DNA of 54,083 bases from Candidatus Undinarchaeales archaeon SRR5007147.bin71 (GCA_014189675.1 DVAE01000010.1:1-54083), one strand, 5' to 3'; counted from the first letter of the stretch, positions 1 to 8,533 are shown. Numbers and translations: made by a program. The notes: a model not told the origin generated them from the letters alone.

Positions 1-72
1 CCTCTTCCTTGGCTCCTTCAGCGCCCTCTTCCTTGGCTCCTTCAGCGCCCTCTTCCTTGGCTCCTTCAGCGC
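1..72. repeat. Perfect 24-nt tandem repeat x3 (cctcttccttggctccttcagcgc), truncated by the window edge; codes AEGAKEEG x3 on the minus strand inside the uL11 tail
   Basis: Read directly: positions 1-24, 25-48 and 49-72 are identical; a degenerate copy follows from 73. Confidence 0.95.
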
Positions 73-787
73 CCTCTTCTCCTTCAGCAGGCTCCTCCTC
101 CTTAGGCAAGAGCTCTAGTATGAGATTGTTTGGAATTCCTGCTTCCTTGAGTGCAGCTCGTACTTCATCGTCAGGTTTGCCCTTGAGCGCTCCGATTAAT
201 TCCTTTGCCTTTGCTTCGTTCTCTTCGCGCATCTTTTCAGCTTCTTCTGCAAGTCTTATCTTATCTTCCTCAATCTTCTGTAGCTCTGCTTCGGAAAGCT
301 CTGTCTTCCCAGATTCAATCTTTTCGTCGTACATTCCATCGTCAATATCCTTAAGTGTTTCAGGAGCTGGTTTTCCCTGAATTAGTATACCCATCGCCTG
401 GCAAGTACCAATAACGGTTTTGACGCCGGCCTTCCTTGAACCAGCCATAAGAGAACTTTCCTTCATCATAGCAATCTTAATTGCCTGTTCTATAACCATA
501 TCCGCCACTTTTTCAGTGCTTGGAGAGCCAGAACCCTTCTCTAAATTCAATTCCTTCTTGATAAGAGCAGATACCGGAGGACTTCCAACTTCAATCTCGA
601 AAGCTCTAGTTTTGGGATCAACTGTTACGAGCACAGGAACTCGCATGCCTGAGAACTCCTTAGTTGCCTCGTTTATTTTTTCAACAACCTGATTGACTGG
701 AACTCCAAGAGGTCCAAGAGCTGGACCCAGAGGTGGCCCGGCACTTGCCTGTCCGCCTGTTACCAAAGTCTTTATCTGGTTTGACAT
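1..787 (-). CDS. rpl11: Ribosomal protein uL11 (partial at the C-terminal end, runs off the window) with a long charged C-terminal extension
   Basis: Hand translation of the minus strand from ATG at 787: MSNQIKTLVTGGQASAGPPLGPALGPLGV...TVIGTCQAMGILIQGKPAPE. This is the canonical L11 GPPLGPALG motif and core. The frame then continues without a stop through ...EKMREENEAKAKELIGALKGKPDDEVRAALKEAGIP...EEGAEGAKEEGAEGAK to position 1. It is absent from the ORF track because no stop lies inside the window. It follows spt5 with a 1-nt gap. Confidence 0.85.
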   Translation of the reverse strand, partial: MSNQIKTLVTGGQASAGPPLGPALGPLGVPVNQVVEKINEATKEFSGMRVPVLVTVDPKTRAFEIEVGSPPVSALIKKELNLEKGSGSPSTEKVADMVIEQAIKIAMMKESSLMAGSRKAGVKTVIGTCQAMGILIQGKPAPETLKDIDDGMYDEKIESGKTELSEAELQKIEEDKIRLAEEAEKMREENEAKAKELIGALKGKPDDEVRAALKEAGIPNNLILELLPKEEEPAEGEEGAEGAKEEGAEGAKEEGAEGAKEE

Positions 788-788
788 A

Positions 789-1316
789 TTATCCTGGTAC
801 TGGGAAATCTCCGCCAGAGGAACTTTCCTCTGAATTTCCTTCTGATACTTCTCCTTTAGTTTCTTTTTCCGCTCCTTCAGGCTCAACCTTTTCGAGGACC
901 CTTACAGATTCTGCAGGAACTGTTATTGGAATAGCGATAGTTGCCTCGAGCAACTCAATTGTTATTTCATTCTTTGTCGTATCAATTCTTGTTATCCTTG
1001 CCTTTTCTCCCTTGAAAGGCCCATTGATAACCTCAACAATGTAACCTTCAACGAGGTTCGTAACAGCCAGTTTTGGCTTGAGGAAATGTTGTATCTCATC
1101 GAGGTTTGCCTCGCCCGAAACCAGACCTCTGGCGTGGGCTACACCACGATATGCTTTGTCAATATCGGCTCGGTCCCCTTCAACTAAGATGTAACTCTTC
1201 AGACCGGAAACTATTATTGAAGAGATGTTGTAGCCTTCCTTCTCAACGCGGTCAGCTAGCTTGCTGGCTACGTTTTTCTCCTTATTAGCTGTTGTTCTTA
1301 TAGCGTAGATTCCCAT
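789..1316 (-). CDS. spt5: Transcription elongation factor Spt5 (NusG), NGN + KOW
   Basis: The ORF translation has an NGN-like N-terminus (MGIYAIRTTANKEKNVA) and a KOW motif (GYIVEVINGPFKGEKARI). It sits between secE and rpl11 as in most archaea. An acidic S/E-rich C-tail is present. Confidence 0.9.
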   Translation of the reverse strand: MGIYAIRTTANKEKNVASKLADRVEKEGYNISSIIVSGLKSYILVEGDRADIDKAYRGVAHARGLVSGEANLDEIQHFLKPKLAVTNLVEGYIVEVINGPFKGEKARITRIDTTKNEITIELLEATIAIPITVPAESVRVLEKVEPEGAEKETKGEVSEGNSEESSSGGDFPVPG

Positions 1317-1396
1317 TTTACTGTAAAGACTCCATTAAGTTAATAGACAAAATAAGTCCTGTCTCTTATCTGACAACCCGTATATATATTTAACCT

Positions 1397-1561
1397 TCAA
1401 AATAGGCGGGCAAGGAGCTTTATTATGAATCCTAGGAATCCTATGAGAAAAATGCCCAGACCTGTGACTTTCAAAATTGTTTTGAACTCGTGACCGCCCG
1501 GCTTCTTAGCAATCCTCATTATTCGGACATACTTTTGAAGTTTATCGTTCAGTTTTCCCAT
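1397..1561 (-). CDS. secE: Preprotein translocase SecE / Sec61-gamma (54 aa, below the ORF-track cutoff)
   Basis: Hand translation: MGKLNDKLQKYVRIMRIAKKPGGHEFKTILKVTGLGIFLIGFLGFIIKLLARLF*. It has a basic N-part plus a single C-terminal TM. Its ATG overlaps the ftsZ stop (ATGA at 1559-1563). The position is the conserved ftsZ-secE-nusG-L11 one. Confidence 0.75.
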   Translation of the reverse strand: MGKLNDKLQKYVRIMRIAKKPGGHEFKTILKVTGLGIFLIGFLGFIIKLLARLF

Positions 1562-2661
1562 CAGAGGAACTCAATGCCGTATTCCTTTTCCATCTTGGAC
1601 TTGTAGACCTTCTTCTCTTCAGAAGTTTCAGGTCCAAGAATTTGCTGCTGTGGTTTGAGACCTGTTATGACCAGCATGGTCCTCAAGGTGTTTTGGAAAT
1701 CAGGGTCGATTCTAGATCCCCAGATTATCTTTGCATTGGGATCGAGTTTGTCTGAAACAGTCTCCATAACAATCCTAGCGTCCTGTAGAGACATGTCCGG
1801 ACCGCCGATTACATTTATCAGTGCTCCAGTTGCCCCAGTTATATCCACATCAAGTAGAGGGTTTGAAAGAGCCTTCTCAACAGCGTCGCGAGCTCTATCA
1901 TCAGTATCGGACTCACCAAGACCAATCATTGCTGTACCTCCATTAGACATAATAGTCCTTATGTCAGCAAAGTCCAAGTTAACCAATCCTTCCTTAGTAA
2001 CTAGTTCAGTAATACCCTTAACAGCATTTACAAGAACTTCATCAGCAACTTTGAAAGCCGCATTGAGTGGAAGTTCAGGAACAATTTCCAAAAGCTTGTC
2101 GTTTGGAATAACAATTACTGTGTCTGTGTGTTCCCTGAGCTGCTTGAGACCTGCCTGCGCATTGTCCCATCGAACAGCTCCCTCGATGCTGAATGGCATC
2201 GTGACGATTCCAATTGTCAGAGCCTTTTCCTTCTTTGCAAGCTCTGATAGGACAGGCAAAGAACCGGTTCCGGTTCCTCCACCGAGTCCACAAGTAACAA
2301 ATACAAGATCAGAGCCCTTAATTAGTTCCTTAAGCTCTTTTTCATCTTCCTTGGCAGCTTCCATTCCAAGATCAGGGTTGCTTCCAGCCCCGAGACCGCC
2401 AGTAACGTCCTTTCCGATAAGAACTTTCTGGTCAGCTTCTGTATAAAGAAGGTCCTGAGCATCTGTGTTGACGGCTATGCACTCTGCACCATCAATGCCA
2501 ACCTCCATAAGTCTGTTTATTGTGTTATTTCCGGCTCCGCCGGCTCCAAGAACTTTAATTGAAGTTTTCTTTGCCTGTACCACTTCTTCAAGACCTGAGT
2601 CTGAAGATAGAGTATATACGTTGCCGTTGCCTTCGGCCTTGTTTTCAGTTGTAGAATCCAT
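1561..2661 (-). CDS. ftsZ: Cell division GTPase FtsZ
   Basis: Tubulin signature GGGTGTG (CGLGGGTGTGSLPV), NTDAQ motif and GAGGAGNN P-loop-like segment. A GGGAGA SD lies upstream. Confidence 0.95.
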   Translation of the reverse strand: MDSTTENKAEGNGNVYTLSSDSGLEEVVQAKKTSIKVLGAGGAGNNTINRLMEVGIDGAECIAVNTDAQDLLYTEADQKVLIGKDVTGGLGAGSNPDLGMEAAKEDEKELKELIKGSDLVFVTCGLGGGTGTGSLPVLSELAKKEKALTIGIVTMPFSIEGAVRWDNAQAGLKQLREHTDTVIVIPNDKLLEIVPELPLNAAFKVADEVLVNAVKGITELVTKEGLVNLDFADIRTIMSNGGTAMIGLGESDTDDRARDAVEKALSNPLLDVDITGATGALINVIGGPDMSLQDARIVMETVSDKLDPNAKIIWGSRIDPDFQNTLRTMLVITGLKPQQQILGPETSEEKKVYKSKMEKEYGIEFL

Positions 2662-2680
2662 TTACTTCTCCCACGCTCGA

Positions 2681-3367
2681 TTATTCAAACACATCAATGA
2701 AAGTAACTTTTTTTATTTCACTGATGTAGTTCAATATATCTCTTGATACTATAGGCTTAATCATACTTATATATCTTCTGGTGTTTTCGTCATTTGGCGT
2801 CCTAATTTCTGCATTTCCTGAAATGATTTTTATGTCAAGATCCTTCAAATCCAGCTTAGGAAGATGAAGATAAAAGAAGGACAGCACCTGTTCCTTCTGG
2901 TCTGTTACTTTTCCTTTTACTTCGATTTCATATTCAAGTTCTTTTCCTGCAAGAGGATGATTAAAATCAACATTTATTCTTCCACCACTTACAGTTTTAA
3001 CTATTCCCTGTCTTCCTCCGACTTCCACAGGCATTCCCGGAACAGGATTCATTCTGCTTCTCTTGAATACACTTCGTGGAACCAGTTTTACCAAGTCAGA
3101 ATCCTTCGATCCGAAGGCATCCTCCTTACTTATTGTGATTTTTTTCTTGTCTCCGACACTTAGACTTGTGAGCTCCTTGTCAAGTCCTGGAAGAACGTGA
3201 CCGGCTCCGACTACAAGAGTTATAGTACCGAATTTTGAATCTTCATTGTAGATGTTTTCCTTCTTTGCAAGGACCTCATTAGTGGTATCAAAAACCCGCC
3301 CAGTATCTTTCTCTGAACCAGTATAATCTACCTTTATGAAATCCCCTTTTGAAATCTTGTCTGCCAT
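2681..3367 (-). CDS. FKBP-type peptidyl-prolyl cis-trans isomerase (long archaeal SlyD/FKBP26-like)
   Basis: N-terminus KGDFIKVDYTGSEKDTGRVFDTT...VVGAGHVLPGLDKEL...AFG is typical of archaeal FKBPs with an IF insert and a C-terminal domain. Confidence 0.9.
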   Translation of the reverse strand: MADKISKGDFIKVDYTGSEKDTGRVFDTTNEVLAKKENIYNEDSKFGTITLVVGAGHVLPGLDKELTSLSVGDKKKITISKEDAFGSKDSDLVKLVPRSVFKRSRMNPVPGMPVEVGGRQGIVKTVSGGRINVDFNHPLAGKELEYEIEVKGKVTDQKEQVLSFFYLHLPKLDLKDLDIKIISGNAEIRTPNDENTRRYISMIKPIVSRDILNYISEIKKVTFIDVFE

Positions 3368-3439
3368 GCCGTTTTAACTCGTGAGCTTTTTATTTAAAGG
3401 TTTCTGAGAATATATAACATAGCCGGACAAAGACAATAT

Positions 3440-4624
3440 ATGAAAATAATACGTGACCCCATACACGGGAATCTTGCAATTTCAAGGGACGAGCTCCAAG
3501 TTCTCGATGCACCGGAGATGCAAAGGCTTCGAAGAGTCCGGCAATTGGGATTTGTTTATTTTGTTTATCCCTCTGCAACCCACAGCAGATTCGAACATTC
3601 ACTCGGAGCTTTCCATGTAGCAGGTAGAATAGCAAAAGCGGTTGGATTGGAAAATGATGAAGCTGAACAAGTAAAACTTGCAGCCCTACTTCACGATATT
3701 GGACACGGACCATATTCACACAGCTCTGAAATTGCATCTAATTTTTTCAAAAAAACAACTCATGAGATGTACACAAGTAAACTAATAAAAAAATCTGCAG
3801 TTTCCGACGCCCTGAAAGATGCTGGACATAATCCTGATGAAATAGCAAAAATTGCAACAGGACGTAAAAAACCGAACAGTGACATTGTATCAGGGGATAT
3901 AGACGCGGACAGGATGGACTACCTTATGCGTGATTCCTATTACACAGGAGCGGCATATGGAATTGTCGACCTGGACCACCTTCTCCTGAAGCTTATGATG
4001 ACCAAACAAGGGCTGGTAGTGGATGAAGAAGGTCTTTCTGCAGTTGAGTCGATGCTGATAGCACGCTATCTTATGTATCCGGCAGTTTACAGTCACAAGA
4101 CTTCCAGAATTGCGGACGCGATGTTCACAAATGCCCTAATAGAATGCCTTCAGGAAAAGGCTTTCACAATTGATGAATTGTTCAGGATGGATGACGCTGA
4201 AGTATTCCAGAAAATAAGATCACACGGAGGAGGAGGGGAAAGTCTTTTGGACAGTATCGAGAGAAGAGACTTGCACAAAGCGGCACTGAGACTTTCCAAG
4301 GAAGACTTCGGAAAAAGTTTTGAAGAGATTATGAGCCTGAAATCTGACATAAAAAATCTAAAGAAGTTGGAAGCAGAAATTACAGAAGAGTGTGGACTGG
4401 AAAGAAACGAGTTGCTCCTTGAGGTCCCCCAGCCCCAATATACGAAGGAAGTAAAAACTTTAATATCAGATTCTGGAAAGCTTAAGAAGCTTGAAGAATT
4501 CTCACCGCTTGTAAAAGCACTTCAGGAGGCTCAGTGGAAATATTGGAACGTGGGAGTCTACGCATCGGCAGGAAAGCTAAAAACGGTTTCAAAAAAAGCT
4601 AAGGATATTCTATTAGGAATATGA
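3440..4624 (+). CDS. HD-domain metal-dependent phosphohydrolase (dNTPase/SAMHD1-like family)
   Basis: RFEHSLG...LLHDIGHGPYSH...DADRMDYLMRDSYYTG motifs. Confidence 0.8.
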   Translation: MKIIRDPIHGNLAISRDELQVLDAPEMQRLRRVRQLGFVYFVYPSATHSRFEHSLGAFHVAGRIAKAVGLENDEAEQVKLAALLHDIGHGPYSHSSEIASNFFKKTTHEMYTSKLIKKSAVSDALKDAGHNPDEIAKIATGRKKPNSDIVSGDIDADRMDYLMRDSYYTGAAYGIVDLDHLLLKLMMTKQGLVVDEEGLSAVESMLIARYLMYPAVYSHKTSRIADAMFTNALIECLQEKAFTIDELFRMDDAEVFQKIRSHGGGGESLLDSIERRDLHKAALRLSKEDFGKSFEEIMSLKSDIKNLKKLEAEITEECGLERNELLLEVPQPQYTKEVKTLISDSGKLKKLEEFSPLVKALQEAQWKYWNVGVYASAGKLKTVSKKAKDILLGI

Positions 4625-4754
4625 AGCACGGAGCCCTACTTGTTGTACACCCTCAGAATAATGGGGAGTGCCCAGGAAAGACTTAGTTATAGACAAAGAG
4701 AATATTAGAAAATTAAAACCGTCGGACTTTTTGGACTGGCTTTAGAACATTATT

Positions 4755-5324
4755 TTATAAAAATAGAATCATCAAGGCCATACCAGCCATTGTTATATCT
4801 TCAAATAAAGTAAACTTAGTCAGAGGTATTTTGACCAATGTACCCAAGCAAGCGCACTTAACTGGATTTTTTGACAATAAATTTTGAGCAACTCCGACAG
4901 TTCCGATGGCCATAATTACAAATGTTACATAGGCAGCGATAGTTATTTGCCATGTCAGCAGGTAGGAGATACCCAAACCGAGCTCAATTAGAGGATAAAT
5001 GTGAGCATACACTTGACTTTTCTTTGCAATTATATCATACATAGAAAATGCCTGTGCAAAGCCTTTCCAATCTGCAATTTTAAGGAGAGATACTGCAACA
5101 AAAAATACTCCCATAAACAATATCATGTAGCCAGTCATTTGCAATACTGCCGCCAAGCCAATTAGCAGAACTGCAATTACTGAATAAAGACTTGCTTTGA
5201 ACCACGGCTGACTCATAAGTGCAGGTCTGCTTTCATATTTTTCAATGCAGTTCTGGCTGCAGAAATAGTAGCCGTGTTTTTCTATAGTTCCAAGCATTCC
5301 ACATATTGGATCTTTTTTAGACAT
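4755..5324 (-). CDS. YHS/TRASH metal-binding domain fused to a MauE/DoxX-like 4-TM membrane protein
   Basis: N-terminal DPICGM...YYFCSQNC (YHS/TRASH Cys motif) is followed by hydrophobic helices and a CAC motif near the last helices. It lies 5 nt downstream of sod. Confidence 0.7.
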   Translation of the reverse strand: MSKKDPICGMLGTIEKHGYYFCSQNCIEKYESRPALMSQPWFKASLYSVIAVLLIGLAAVLQMTGYMILFMGVFFVAVSLLKIADWKGFAQAFSMYDIIAKKSQVYAHIYPLIELGLGISYLLTWQITIAAYVTFVIMAIGTVGVAQNLLSKNPVKCACLGTLVKIPLTKFTLFEDITMAGMALMILFL

Positions 5325-5329
5325 AATAA

Positions 5330-5932
5330 TCAGTCAGATTTGAAATTATTGTGTACTTGCTCCCAGTTTATGACATTGAAGAAGGCATCAATATAATCAG
5401 CGCGCCTGTTCTGGTACTTTAGATAGTAGGCATGTTCCCAGACATCAATTGTAAGAACTGGTTTAAGACCCTGGCTTAGCGGAGTGTCCTGATTGGAGCT
5501 TTCTGTGATACTGAGTTTTCCGGAATCAAGAACCAGCCATGCCCAGCCTGAGCCGAAAACAGAGCTGGCAGCCTTGGTAAATTCTCCCTTGAAAGAATCA
5601 AAGCTTCCAAAGTCATTCTTAAGAACTTCCATAAAAGGCTCAGGGATTTCAACATCTTTTTCGAGAAGTGTCCAGAAGAAAGTGTGATTGGCGTGACCTC
5701 CGCCATGGTTAATAACATTTTGTCTTATATCATCCGGAATGGCTGACAAATCTTTTAGAAGCTCCGATGGCGACAGCTTTGCAAGCTCGTCCTGGCCATC
5801 AAGAGCTTTGTTGAGATTATTTACATAGGCCTGATGATGCTTGGAATGGTGTATCTCCATAGTCTGTGCATCTATAAAGGGTTCCAGCGCGTCGTATGCG
5901 TAATTGAGTTTCGGAAGTTCGTGGCTCGCCAT
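5330..5932 (-). CDS. sod: Fe/Mn superoxide dismutase
   Basis: LPKLNYAYDALEPFID...HHSKHHQAYV...DVWEHAYYLKYQNRR signature. Confidence 0.95.
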   Translation of the reverse strand: MASHELPKLNYAYDALEPFIDAQTMEIHHSKHHQAYVNNLNKALDGQDELAKLSPSELLKDLSAIPDDIRQNVINHGGGHANHTFFWTLLEKDVEIPEPFMEVLKNDFGSFDSFKGEFTKAASSVFGSGWAWLVLDSGKLSITESSNQDTPLSQGLKPVLTIDVWEHAYYLKYQNRRADYIDAFFNVINWEQVHNNFKSD

Positions 5933-5969
5933 AAACTGAATATGAAATATCTTAATATAAAGCTTGTGA

Positions 5970-6042
5970 TAGCCCCGACCGGATTCGAACCAGTGTCACG
6001 AGATTCAGAGTCTCGTATGATTGACCACTACACTACGGGGCT
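5970..6042 (-). tRNA. tRNA-Gln (anticodon CUG)
   Basis: Reverse complement AGCCCCG-TA-GTGT..TCAT-A-CGAGA-CTCTGAA-TCTCG-TGAC-ACTGG-TTCGAAT-CCGGT-CGGGGCT folds as a cloverleaf. The 7-nt loop CUCUGAA gives anticodon CUG. No encoded CCA. Confidence 0.85.
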
Positions 6043-6089
6043 ATATCTCTCAATAATGATGAACTAGCTGCTTAAATAATATTTCTTGA

Positions 6090-6554
6090 CTACTGAGCAA
6101 GACTTCCAGTCTTTGTTGACTGAGACCAGTGCAGAACGCCTTCTCCGCCCATTAGTTCAGCGACTCGGTCCACAAGACTTCCGAATATCAGACGCAGGTC
6201 AGACAGGCTACCACCCGTGGAAGAAAGCATTACTCCGTCCCTTTTGTTGTCCCCAGTTCCGACAAGAATTGTCAGATCAGAATCTGACTTCCACGGAACT
6301 GTTCTGAGAAAACGCTTCTTTTTTCCTCGGAGTTTTACTGAGTATTTTATGAATTTAAAACCTTCAAGAGTTGTGCCCTTTTTTCCCGAGCCTTTGTCAT
6401 AAGCAGAGAGGGAAATTTTTGTCGGACTTATTCTCATTTTCTTGAGAGTCTTCGCAACCTGAGACTCAAAATTTGAACTGGAAATCTCCTTCATAAAATT
6501 AGAAACTGAGCCTGATTCCCTTGGAACCATCAAAAGTCCGAATTCATCACCCAT
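6090..6554 (-). CDS. Hypothetical protein (154 aa)
   Basis: Long ORF divergent from trm56. I could not recognise a family motif. The overlapping plus-strand ORFs are shorter and low-complexity. Confidence 0.5.
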   Translation of the reverse strand: MGDEFGLLMVPRESGSVSNFMKEISSSNFESQVAKTLKKMRISPTKISLSAYDKGSGKKGTTLEGFKFIKYSVKLRGKKKRFLRTVPWKSDSDLTILVGTGDNKRDGVMLSSTGGSLSDLRLIFGSLVDRVAELMGGEGVLHWSQSTKTGSLAQ

Positions 6555-6592
6555 AGTCGTTAAATAGGTGTTGCAACGCTTTTATATTGTTT

Positions 6593-7105
6593 ATGGAAGC
6601 TGAAGTTCTGAGGCTCGGACACCGTGCACATAGAGATGCCCGCGTATCAACGCATATAGGATTGGTAGCGCGCGCTCTTGGAGCTTCCAAGCTGCATTAC
6701 AGCGGCCAGAAAGACGACTCGCTTGAGAAGAGCATAAATGATATAACTAGCAGATGGGGAGGAGATTTTGAGGCAGACTACGTAAAGAACTGGAAGGAAT
6801 TTGCAAAGGAATTTGACGGCCTAAAAGTGCATCTGACTATGTATGGAGAACTAGTTCAGACTAAGATTTCCGAAATGAATGGGAAAAAAGTTCTTATAAT
6901 ATTAGGAGGGCAGAAAGTTCCTGGAGAGGTCTATGACATCGCAGATTACAATATTGCTGTGACAGGACAGCCTCATTCAGAGATAGCTGCTCTGGCAGTA
7001 TTCCTTGACCGACATTCCAGAGGAAAAGCACTGGAAACAGAATTCCCTGATGCAAATATTTCTGTAAAACCATCTGAACGGGGAAAGGATATAGTGAAAA
7101 AATGA
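6593..7105 (+). CDS. trm56: tRNA (cytidine56-2'-O)-methyltransferase aTrm56 (SPOUT)
   Basis: VLRLGHRAHRDARVSTHIGLVARALGA is the hallmark N-terminus of aTrm56. ATG at 6593 is preferred over the TTG at 6587 used by the track. Its stop overlaps the next start (ATGA). Confidence 0.85.
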   Translation: MEAEVLRLGHRAHRDARVSTHIGLVARALGASKLHYSGQKDDSLEKSINDITSRWGGDFEADYVKNWKEFAKEFDGLKVHLTMYGELVQTKISEMNGKKVLIILGGQKVPGEVYDIADYNIAVTGQPHSEIAALAVFLDRHSRGKALETEFPDANISVKPSERGKDIVKK

Positions 7106-7302
7106 AAATAAAGATTGTAAGAAAAGAGGGAGAGAAGCGCATTGAGCTACCTGAAGGCGCTACGGCCAGTGATATTTTCGGAAAGCTTGGAGAAAGTTCT
7201 GAGACATATATAATAAAACGGGCAAAGGAAGTTATAATTGGTGAAGAGCCTCTGTCAGACGGCGATGAGCTCGAGCTAATAAAAATTATTTCAGGTGGAT
7301 AA
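7102..7302 (+). CDS. Small archaeal ubiquitin-like modifier / sulfur carrier (MoaD/ThiS fold, C-terminal GG)
   Basis: 66 aa ending ...ELIKIISGG*. It sits between trm56 and the Ncs6-type thiolase with ATGA and TAA-ATG junctions. Confidence 0.8.
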   Translation: MKIKIVRKEGEKRIELPEGATASDIFGKLGESSETYIIKRAKEVIIGEEPLSDGDELELIKIISGG

Positions 7303-8217
7303 ATGAACTGCGACAAGTGCCAAAATCCTGCAGTTGCCCATCTAAGGTATTCAGATATAAGGCTTTGTAAGAACCATTTCATTGGACTTACAACAGACAG
7401 AATACGCAAAACAATTAACAAAAATAAATTTTTTGAACGGGGAGACAGAGTAGCAGTCGCTGTTTCCGGAGGAAAGGATTCTATAGTAACCATTAGAGCA
7501 CTTCATGATATATCCAAAAAAAGAGGACTCGAAATTGTCGGAGTAACTATAGACGAAGGAATTGCAGGCTACAGACCTGAAAGCATAGACATTGCTGAAA
7601 GGACCTACAAGGAACTTGGAGTTGATTACACCATACTGACCTATAAAGATAGAGTTGGAAAACCCCTCGACAAAATAATGGAGAGACCGGACATAAGCAG
7701 GGCATGTGAATATTGTGGTGTTTTCAGAAGAAGATTAATTGAAGACGGTGCTAGAGAAATGGGAGCTGACAAGATAGCAACAGGACATAATCTCGACGAT
7801 GAAGCACAAAGCATATTTATGAACTACATAAGGAGTGAGTTCCCCCGAATAGCAAGAAGTGGGCCCAAGACTGCAAACAAAGAAGGATTCATACCACGAG
7901 TAAAACCTCTGTGCAATATACCAGAAAAGGAAGTAGGACTTTACGCGATATTGAAGGGCTATGAAATCCATGAAGACGAGTGCCCAAATGCAGCAAACGC
8001 ATTCAGGCTGAATATTAGAGACCACATGAACCTTATTGAAGATAAGTACCCAGGATTTAAATTTGGGATTTACAACAGTGCGGAAAACCTCAGAAGCATT
8101 CTGTCAGATATTAATATAGAGAAAAATACATTAAAAAAGTGTGAAAATTGCGGACAAAACACATCAGGAAAAATTTGCAAATTCTGCGAGCTCAAGGCTG
8201 ACGCACGAAAGAAATAG
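7303..8217 (+). CDS. ncsA: tRNA 2-thiolation PP-loop ATPase (Ncs6/NcsA/TtuA family)
   Basis: N-terminal CxxC...CxxH zinc finger, PP-loop SGGKDS, C-terminal CENCG...CKFCEL zinc finger. Confidence 0.85.
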   Translation: MNCDKCQNPAVAHLRYSDIRLCKNHFIGLTTDRIRKTINKNKFFERGDRVAVAVSGGKDSIVTIRALHDISKKRGLEIVGVTIDEGIAGYRPESIDIAERTYKELGVDYTILTYKDRVGKPLDKIMERPDISRACEYCGVFRRRLIEDGAREMGADKIATGHNLDDEAQSIFMNYIRSEFPRIARSGPKTANKEGFIPRVKPLCNIPEKEVGLYAILKGYEIHEDECPNAANAFRLNIRDHMNLIEDKYPGFKFGIYNSAENLRSILSDINIEKNTLKKCENCGQNTSGKICKFCELKADARKK

Positions 8218-8244
8218 GTGGCACGGCATCCGGAAATCGCCTGA

Positions 8245-8493
8245 CACTTCTGCGGCCGCTAGCCTTGAAAAAAGGCTCCACCCCGCGACCCCGCGAGCAT
8301 TAACAGAACCTGTTAGGGCTGCTTCCTTCCGGACCTGACCCGTTTGGCAGGAACGCCAATCCCGAGGGACGAGGCTTCGACACCAAATTTCAAGACGGCT
8401 ACAAAAACGCCAATCTCTCCCCGGCACTCAGCTCCACCATAAAGCCCATTTGTGGTTACAAGGTAGGACTACTCCCCCAGCCTAGCCGCGCCA
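8245..8493 (-). ncRNA. Signal recognition particle RNA (7S/SRP RNA)
   Basis: The minus strand contains GGGTCAGGTCCGGAAGGAAGCAGCCC, the universally conserved SRP helix-8 motif, at about 8317-8342. The 5' end GGCGCGGCTAGGCTGGGGG resembles archaeal SRP RNA 5' ends and can pair with GGCTAGCGGCCGC near 8252-8264. The segment is GC-rich in an AT-rich context. A TATA box lies about 26 nt upstream. The 3' boundary is uncertain by +/-30 nt. Confidence 0.85.
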
Positions 8494-8513
8494 GTAAATT
8501 AGTTGATTAGCCA

Positions 8514-8523
8514 GTATAAAAAG
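8514..8523 (-). promoter_or_regulatory. TATA box for the SRP RNA gene
   Basis: Minus strand CTTTTTATAC is centred about 26 nt upstream of the GGCGCGG 5' end. Confidence 0.55.
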
Positions 8524-8533
8524 CTTGAGAGTT

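Noticed and set aside
9-380. 123-aa plus-strand ORF rich in S/A/P/L
   Set aside because: It is the antisense shadow of the uL11 charged tail (GAA/GAG/AAG-rich codons read backwards give S/L/F-rich open frames). Its composition is low-complexity and the minus strand has a clear L11 identity.
1655-2446. 263-aa plus-strand ORF
   Set aside because: It lies entirely antisense within ftsZ, which has unmistakable tubulin/FtsZ motifs.
6894-7493. 199-aa minus-strand ORF
   Set aside because: It spans the trm56 / SAMP / ncsA junctions on the opposite strand. All three plus-strand genes have family motifs and coupled junctions.
8141-8427. Two overlapping ORFs (65 aa plus strand, 87 aa minus strand) in a GC-rich patch
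   Set aside because: The region is explained by the SRP RNA gene, and the R/A/S-rich translations are typical of translated structured RNA.
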